Origin: an uncultured Chryseobacterium sp.
Lineage (GTDB): Bacteria; Bacteroidota; Bacteroidia; Flavobacteriales_F; PHOS-HE28
Assembly: GCA_964649165.1 (NCBI GenBank)
Contig: CAZYPC010000003.1
Coordinates: 11,430 to 75,429 of the forward strand
Direction: 5' to 3'
DNA: 64,000 nt
The notes under the pieces were generated by a model that saw nothing but the letters and a program-made list of their open reading frames with translations, was not told the origin of the DNA and did not search any database. Of this stretch, positions 58,615-64,000 are shown one piece after another (position 1 is the stretch's first letter; each line of letters opens with the position of its first letter). A program made the translations under genes and the position numbers.

Positions 58615-60000
58615 TCAGTGCAGGAACACGCGACGGGTCATCACGTCGCTGGAGTTCTGCAGGGTTACCACATACAGGCCCGTCGCGATACCGTTCTTGC
58701 TGATGTGCAAGGGCGTGAAGCCTTTGTTGATCGCTTGCGCGGGGCGGTTCAGCATCACCTTGCCTTGCGCGTCGGTGAGGATCACGTCATAGATGTTCGC
58801 GATCGTGGAACTGACGGTCACCTGAAGTTCGGAACCATCGTCCCAAGCGTTCACGATCTCCGTATTGTTCGCATCGCAACCGGCAGCGATGGCCGTGAAC
58901 ATCTCCACGCGGCCGTCCACATCGGTCTGGCTCAGGCGATAGTAGGCCAGGCCATCGGCATACTCATCATAGAACGTGTAGTTGACCTCGCTTGTTGAGT
59001 TGCCTGCGGCTTCCACGCGACCGATCTCTTCCCATACGTCGCCCGTAGGGCTCTTCTCGATCGTGAAGTAGTCGTTGTTCGTTTCCGTGGCCGTGCTCCA
59101 CTTCAACTGCACCTTCCCACCAACGCAGTCACCGTTCCAAGAGGTGAGCTCGATCGGGAGGGGATTATCCACCGATGAAAGTGTCCAACTGCGGAAGAAA
59201 TTAGCGTTCGTTACCAGGACGTTGCTCACCGTACTGCGACCAGCAGAGGGAAGACCGGGAGCGTAGGCCGAACCCAAGGGCTGCGATTGATAGTCGCCCC
59301 ATTTGTTCAAGCCCGGATTGAAGCGCTGAGCCTGAAGTTCGGTTGGGCTGGCCTGTGTACTAGGCACAAGCGCATCCCTGTCTACTCCCGGGGTCGCACC
59401 GGCCACGTCAATATCTTGACCATCATCGTTGATGAAGGTCATTTTCGCGTCAGGTGCGGTGGTGTATGCCCATGGTGCGGCTTTCGGGTCGATGATCCAG
59501 AAGCGGTTCACCGCGTTCATCGAGTTATCCGGGGAACCCAGGAAGAAATCGTTCATGTGGGTCACTCCGGTCGGCAGATACAGCGTGTTGTCCCACTGGG
59601 CGCCAGCAACGATCTGGTGATTGAAAGTCGAGAGTACGAACGACATGCTGTCGCTGCCTGCGGGGCCTGTGCCCGCTGTGGTTTTCTCAAAGGTGAGCGG
59701 GATCTTCGTATTGGTCTGGGCGATGAACGGTACGGTGTAGATGCCGGTCGTCGCGCTGTTGTTCCATCGGATCCGGTTGTTCTGATGCTCAGTTTTGATG
59801 TTCCCGTTGCCCGCCACCAATTGAGTAATGCCTGTAGTGGCCGGATTGTCGATGACCATGTACGTGGTGGTCGTCGGATTCGCTCCATAGACGACATACG
59901 CTTCGCCAAAGGCAGAACTGGCGAAGACCAAGCGCGCGTTCTGCCCGAAAGACAGCGTTGCGATCGTACCGGCAACAAGGAGGAGTACAGGTTTCTTCAT
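58615..60000 (-). CDS. secreted hypothetical protein with T9SS C-terminal sorting domain
   Basis: Internal ATG with signal peptide MKKPVLLLVAGTIATLSFGQ. C-terminal ...GLYVVTLQNSSDVMTRRVFLH CTD. Confidence 0.6.
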   Translation of the reverse strand: MKKPVLLLVAGTIATLSFGQNARLVFASSAFGEAYVVYGANPTTTTYMVIDNPATTGITQLVAGNGNIKTEHQNNRIRWNNSATTGIYTVPFIAQTNTKIPLTFEKTTAGTGPAGSDSMSFVLSTFNHQIVAGAQWDNTLYLPTGVTHMNDFFLGSPDNSMNAVNRFWIIDPKAAPWAYTTAPDAKMTFINDDGQDIDVAGATPGVDRDALVPSTQASPTELQAQRFNPGLNKWGDYQSQPLGSAYAPGLPSAGRSTVSNVLVTNANFFRSWTLSSVDNPLPIELTSWNGDCVGGKVQLKWSTATETNNDYFTIEKSPTGDVWEEIGRVEAAGNSTSEVNYTFYDEYADGLAYYRLSQTDVDGRVEMFTAIAAGCDANNTEIVNAWDDGSELQVTVSSTIANIYDVILTDAQGKVMLNRPAQAINKGFTPLHISKNGIATGLYVVTLQNSSDVMTRRVFLH

Positions 60001-60210
60001 GGCAGCGTCAAATGTAGTTGAAGACCGGTCTGGAAGACAACCCCCCGAACCACTTTTCGCCTGTTGCTGGGAACCCTTTTCGCGCCTGTTTTTCAGCAAG
60101 TTGCGAAAAATGGCGAAGGGAAAAGGGGGCATCAGGCGCGTCGTCATCAGTTGTCTTGGACCGACGGGTCAACGGAAGCATGACGCAATGTTCCCGGATG
60201 GGTTGCCACC

Positions 60211-61467
60211 ATGCGGATAACTTGGACCCGAACTAGTTATGAACAGTGGATGGCTTCTTTCCGCCCACCCGCCCAACCCCTGAATTGGGCAGCGCTCGCC
60301 GGCTTTCCGGATCTCCTCGTCAGGCGCAATTCGGACCGTGACGAGTGGTTGGTCGCAGCCCGCTCCGGCGGCGGGCCGATATCCCGGCGGCCGGGCAACA
60401 ACGGTGCTTGGGTCGGACATCTCGCTTTCGATCTTCAGGACGCTTGGGACCGGGTTCCAAGCCGCTTTCCCAACGGCCCGCTGCCCGGTTCCGCCTGGTG
60501 GGAACCGGAGCTGTTGCTGGTGCTGCGGTCAGGTCAGCCTCATGTGCTGGTCGATAAGGCCACTCGCTCTGCGGGAGAAGTAGGTGGTGATCTGCTGTCA
60601 CGACCTGGTGCCAGGACCAGCGGAACGGACCCCGTCAGTTGGAACCCAAGAACGACCAAGGCCCAGTACCTGGCTACCGTTGAAAAGCTCCTTGGGCACC
60701 TGCAGCGCGGGGATATCTATGAGGTGAACTATTGCACCGAACGGACGGCGACGTTGCGCGGATCAGACCCGTTCGATGTTTTTGGCCGACTTGTGGAGCA
60801 CACGAATGCGCCCTACGCGGCCTTCTATCGAAGCGGGGACTTTTTCGCCTTGTGCATGAGCCCGGAGCATTTTCTGCGGATCGAGAACAGGCGTGCATCG
60901 ACGCGGCCGATGAAAGGCACACGCCCACGGTCGAACGATCCAGCGGTGGATGCTCGTCTGAAGTATGAACTCGCCACCGATGTCAAGGAGCGCAGCGAGA
61001 ACATCATGGCCGTGGACGTCGCGCGCCATGATCTCAGTCGCTTTGCCGCATCTGGCTCCGTGCGGGTTGATGAGCTTTGCGCGGTGAAGTCCTATCCGAA
61101 CGTTCACCAATTGGTCAGCACAGTGAGCGCCGAACTCCGCGAAGGAGCTGATCCATGGGATGCCGTACGCGCCGCATTCCCTATGGCCAGCATGACAGGC
61201 GCGCCCAAGCGGAGCGCTTTGCGACTGATCGATGCCGTGGAGGACATGCCGCGTGGCCTGTTCAGCGGAAGCCTGGGTTACCAGCTGCCCGACGGTACGC
61301 TTGACCTCAATGTGGTGATCCGGACCATCACCTATGATGCCTCCACCGGCCGCGCGTCGCTCATCACCGGCAGCGCGATCACCGCGTTGAGCGATCCGGA
61401 GAAAGAGTGGGAGGAGTGCGAGCTGAAGGCGATGAGCGTGCTTCAAGCGCTGGGCCATGCTGGATGA
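60211..61467 (+). CDS. chorismate-binding enzyme, aminodeoxychorismate synthase component I-like (PabB/TrpE family)
   Basis: Conserved C-terminal chorismate-binding domain (...FPMASMTGAPKRSALRLIDAVEDMPRGLFSGSLGY...). About 418 aa. No adjacent trpG/trpD. Confidence 0.6.
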   Translation: MRITWTRTSYEQWMASFRPPAQPLNWAALAGFPDLLVRRNSDRDEWLVAARSGGGPISRRPGNNGAWVGHLAFDLQDAWDRVPSRFPNGPLPGSAWWEPELLLVLRSGQPHVLVDKATRSAGEVGGDLLSRPGARTSGTDPVSWNPRTTKAQYLATVEKLLGHLQRGDIYEVNYCTERTATLRGSDPFDVFGRLVEHTNAPYAAFYRSGDFFALCMSPEHFLRIENRRASTRPMKGTRPRSNDPAVDARLKYELATDVKERSENIMAVDVARHDLSRFAASGSVRVDELCAVKSYPNVHQLVSTVSAELREGADPWDAVRAAFPMASMTGAPKRSALRLIDAVEDMPRGLFSGSLGYQLPDGTLDLNVVIRTITYDASTGRASLITGSAITALSDPEKEWEECELKAMSVLQALGHAG

Positions 61468-62773
61468 GGTGCGGCGTTTCATCCGGCGCGAGCGGATGCT
61501 GAAGGACGGCGAGCCTGTATGGGTGGCGGTGAGCGGGGGCATTGACAGCATGGTCTTACTGCACATGCTTCGCGAACTGGGGCATGCATGCTCCGTCGCA
61601 CATGTGGACCATGGCCTGCGTGGCGAGCAGAGCGATGCCGATCGGCTTTTTGTGGAGGATCACTGCCGCGGGCTCGGCTTGCCCTTCCGGGCGCTGAAGG
61701 CGGATGTGAAGACCCGCGCGGAGGAGAATGACCTTTCCATGCAGCAGGCCGGGCGCGGGATCCGTTATGAATGGCTGGGTGAACTCTGGCGTGAACATCC
61801 CATGCCCATCGCGATGGGTCACCACGCGAACGATGCGATCGAAAGCCTCTTCATCAACCTGATGCGCGGCACCGGTGTTCACGGATGGAGCGCGATCCGC
61901 CCGGTCAGCGGCATCTACGTGCGTCCCATGCTATGCGTTGGGCGTGACGCGATCGCCCGCTACGCTGAAGAGCACGGCGTCCCTTTTCGCGAGGATCCCA
62001 GCAATGCCGATCCCAAGTACCTGCGCAACCGCATCCGCCATGAACTGCTGCCGCTGGTGGAAGCCATGCGCCCGGGTGCCCTCCAGACCATGGCGCGTTC
62101 CGTGGGCCTGCTGCGTGAGTTGGAGGAAGCCGGGCAACAAATGAGCATCGCGGCGCTCGCCGGGATCGGGCCATCTCCTGAGGGAGCGCTCCGGGTGCCC
62201 TTTGATCGTGTGGAGAATTCCACGATACCGGACCTTGTACTGCACCGACTGCTGCGCCATGTGGGATTCCACCCGTCCACCCTGGATCGCATTCGGGAGG
62301 CCATCGCCGAGCGCAGCACCGGAGCGGTGTTCACGGCAGGTCGGTGGCAGGCCTGCGTGGACAGGGATGCACTGATCATCAGCCGGGCGACGGCGGACCT
62401 CGTCTCGGTCACGATCGAACGGGAGCAGACCTCGGATTCCGCAGGTGAGTTCAGCTGGGAGACCAACGAGGGCACTTTTCCCCTACCGTTGAATGGCGCT
62501 CTGGAGGCCGTCCTCGATGCGGACCGCTTGTCCTTTCCTCTCGAGCTTCGCCCATGGCACGAAGGGGATCGGATCAGGCCGATGGGTCTGGACGGAAGCA
62601 AGCTCGTGAGCGATATCCTCATCGATGCCAAGGTGCCCCGGTCCGAAAAGGCTGGCGTGTATGTGCTTGTGAGCGATGGCACGATCGTCTGGGTCTGCGG
62701 ACATCGTATGGCCGAGGGCTATCAATTGACGCCTAACACGCGCACATCCTTCCGGATCATGCGCAGGCCCTGA
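61457..62773 (+). CDS. tilS: tRNA(Ile)-lysidine synthetase
   Basis: PP-loop VAVSGGIDSMVLL. About 438 aa with C-terminal domain. 11-nt overlap with the upstream gene. Confidence 0.85.
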   Translation: MLDEVRRFIRRERMLKDGEPVWVAVSGGIDSMVLLHMLRELGHACSVAHVDHGLRGEQSDADRLFVEDHCRGLGLPFRALKADVKTRAEENDLSMQQAGRGIRYEWLGELWREHPMPIAMGHHANDAIESLFINLMRGTGVHGWSAIRPVSGIYVRPMLCVGRDAIARYAEEHGVPFREDPSNADPKYLRNRIRHELLPLVEAMRPGALQTMARSVGLLRELEEAGQQMSIAALAGIGPSPEGALRVPFDRVENSTIPDLVLHRLLRHVGFHPSTLDRIREAIAERSTGAVFTAGRWQACVDRDALIISRATADLVSVTIEREQTSDSAGEFSWETNEGTFPLPLNGALEAVLDADRLSFPLELRPWHEGDRIRPMGLDGSKLVSDILIDAKVPRSEKAGVYVLVSDGTIVWVCGHRMAEGYQLTPNTRTSFRIMRRP

Positions 62774-62929
62774 TGTCGGACTCGAGGCCAGGCATCGCGA
62801 GAGGTGCTGTGGAACGACCGGTCGCGTTCGCCAGATCGTGTTAAGGCCGTTCCGCTCAGGATCCCAGTGATCCACGCATCGCGCATCCGCGCGGAAAACC
62901 TGCGGCCTACTTTAGCGGCCCTTCGGAAA

Positions 62930-63388
62930 ATGCCCATGCACCGCTCGCTCCTTTCCATCATCGCGTCTTTCTTCGTCGCGATGGCTTTCGCCGGTAACCC
63001 GGTGAGTTGGTCCTTCGCCACGAAGGAAACGGCCACCGGCAGAACGGTCGTGACCTTGCAGGCGACCTGCGAAGAGGGCTGGCACCTGTACGCCCTCACG
63101 CTGCCCCGTGATGATGGTCCTTTCCCCACGGTGATCGCCATAGCGCCGTCAACCGCATTCAAAGCGGGCGCGCCGGTGGAACCCGCGCCGGTAGAGGTGG
63201 AGGATCCCAATTTCCAGATGCTGGTGCGCTACCACGGCCACACGACCGAATTCACCATTCCCGTTGAGCGGGTCTCCAAAGAGGCGTTCAATGTGGAAGG
63301 ATCCGTGGAGTACATGTGCTGCAACGACAAGATGTGCCTGCCGCCTGTGACCGTGAAGTTCAGTGTGCCATTCCCTGCCGTGAAGTAG
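62930..63388 (+). CDS. DsbD N-terminal (alpha) domain-like exported protein
   Basis: Internal ATG with signal peptide MPMHRSLLSIIASFFVAMAFAG. Cys-cluster YMCCNDKMC near the C-terminus as in DsbD alpha domains. About 152 aa. Confidence 0.45.
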   Translation: MPMHRSLLSIIASFFVAMAFAGNPVSWSFATKETATGRTVVTLQATCEEGWHLYALTLPRDDGPFPTVIAIAPSTAFKAGAPVEPAPVEVEDPNFQMLVRYHGHTTEFTIPVERVSKEAFNVEGSVEYMCCNDKMCLPPVTVKFSVPFPAVK

Positions 63389-64000
63389 ATGAGGCCTCGA
63401 TCGCTCCTGCTCGCTTTCCTGCTCGCTCCGGTGCTCCTGCTCGCGCAAGGGGACCAGGGCTACACGCCGCCGATCGAGTGGAAGATCACCGTCGCGAAGG
63501 CCGACGCCGGTTCATACGATCTGCTCTTCAAAGGAGATCTGCAGCCAGGCTTCGTCCTGTACAGTCAGCACATCAACCCCGACATCATCGGGCCGTTGCC
63601 GACCGCATTCCGCTTTGACACCATCCCCGGCATCGAGGTAGCCAAAGAGGTGAGCGAGACCGGAAAGGAAGTGGATGAACATGCAGATCCCATTTGGGAA
63701 AATGCGGTCATCAAGAAATTCAAGGGCTGGGCCGCGTTCACCGCGTCGATCAAGACCACGCTGCCATCGCCCGTGATCACCGGGGCGCTGGACTACATGA
63801 CCTGCGATGATATGGGTTGCACTCCCGGCGGGTTGTACTTCCGGGCACATCTGGCGGAGAATCGCGTGGAGATCGGGACGGTGTCGTTCACTGATTCGTC
63901 GTTGGCCGAAGCGCCGGTTCTTGATCAGGCCGACTGCCGTGCATACGTGATGCCCGGAGTTGACCTGAACAACCCCGTTGTCGATTGTGCCCACTCCGGT
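63389..64000 (+). CDS. thiol:disulfide interchange protein DsbD-like (N-terminal part, truncated by window end)
   Basis: ATG directly after the previous stop (TAGATG). Signal peptide MRPRSLLLAFLLAPVLLLAQG. Second DsbD-alpha-like domain with YMTCDDMGC. The ORF runs off the window. Confidence 0.45.
   Translation, partial: MRPRSLLLAFLLAPVLLLAQGDQGYTPPIEWKITVAKADAGSYDLLFKGDLQPGFVLYSQHINPDIIGPLPTAFRFDTIPGIEVAKEVSETGKEVDEHADPIWENAVIKKFKGWAAFTASIKTTLPSPVITGALDYMTCDDMGCTPGGLYFRAHLAENRVEIGTVSFTDSSLAEAPVLDQADCRAYVMPGVDLNNPVVDCAHSG

Noticed and set aside
60001-60210. TTTTCGC...GCGAAAA inverted repeat in the divergent promoter region upstream of the pabB-like gene
   Set aside because: Short (7 bp) arms with an AT-rich context typical of promoter DNA. 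It cannot be distinguished from chance without comparative data.

Overview
This window is a high-GC (about 62 %) Bacteroidota-type chromosomal segment. It is gene-dense, with many overlapping stop/start junctions (ATGA, GTGA, TGATG). Most long ORFs lying antisense to real genes are artefacts of GC-rich codon usage.

Housekeeping genes recognised with confidence:
- mlaE and mlaF
- gcvP
- hemL and hemH
- a kynureninase / kynurenine 3-monooxygenase pair
- recQ, tatC, lptB, purS
- lnt, tilS
- a chorismate-utilising (pabB-like) enzyme
- an M20D amidohydrolase and an MBL-fold hydrolase
- a CDP-alcohol phosphatidyltransferase

T9SS is strongly represented:
- a porV-porU pair, with an unusually long PorU
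- a tandem array of five paralogous MAM-like secreted proteins (2.7-12.8 kb), each ending in a T9SS C-terminal sorting domain (CTD) and each followed by its own hairpin terminator
- two further CTD cargo proteins

The most interesting region is 24.0-30.3 kb. It starts with an ECF sigma factor / anti-sigma / periplasmic His-rich sensor trio with CnrH/Y/X-like organisation. An overlapping pair follows: an MbnP-like protein with a WxW motif, and an MbnH/MauG-like di-haem peroxidase with CSSCH and CNTCH motifs. Two tandemly duplicated His-rich YHYH-type secreted proteins come next, one with a T9SS CTD and one with dockerin-like repeats. No TonB-dependent transporter is present. I read this as a candidate extracytoplasmic copper/metal-responsive module of a kind I do not recognise as described.

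A small, apparently accessory patch at 21.9-24.0 kb holds a lower-GC3 lipoprotein, a RelE/ParE toxin-antitoxin pair and a stand-alone ABC-type ATPase.

No rRNA, tRNA or CRISPR was found. Coordinates derived by hand may be off by 1-3 nt.
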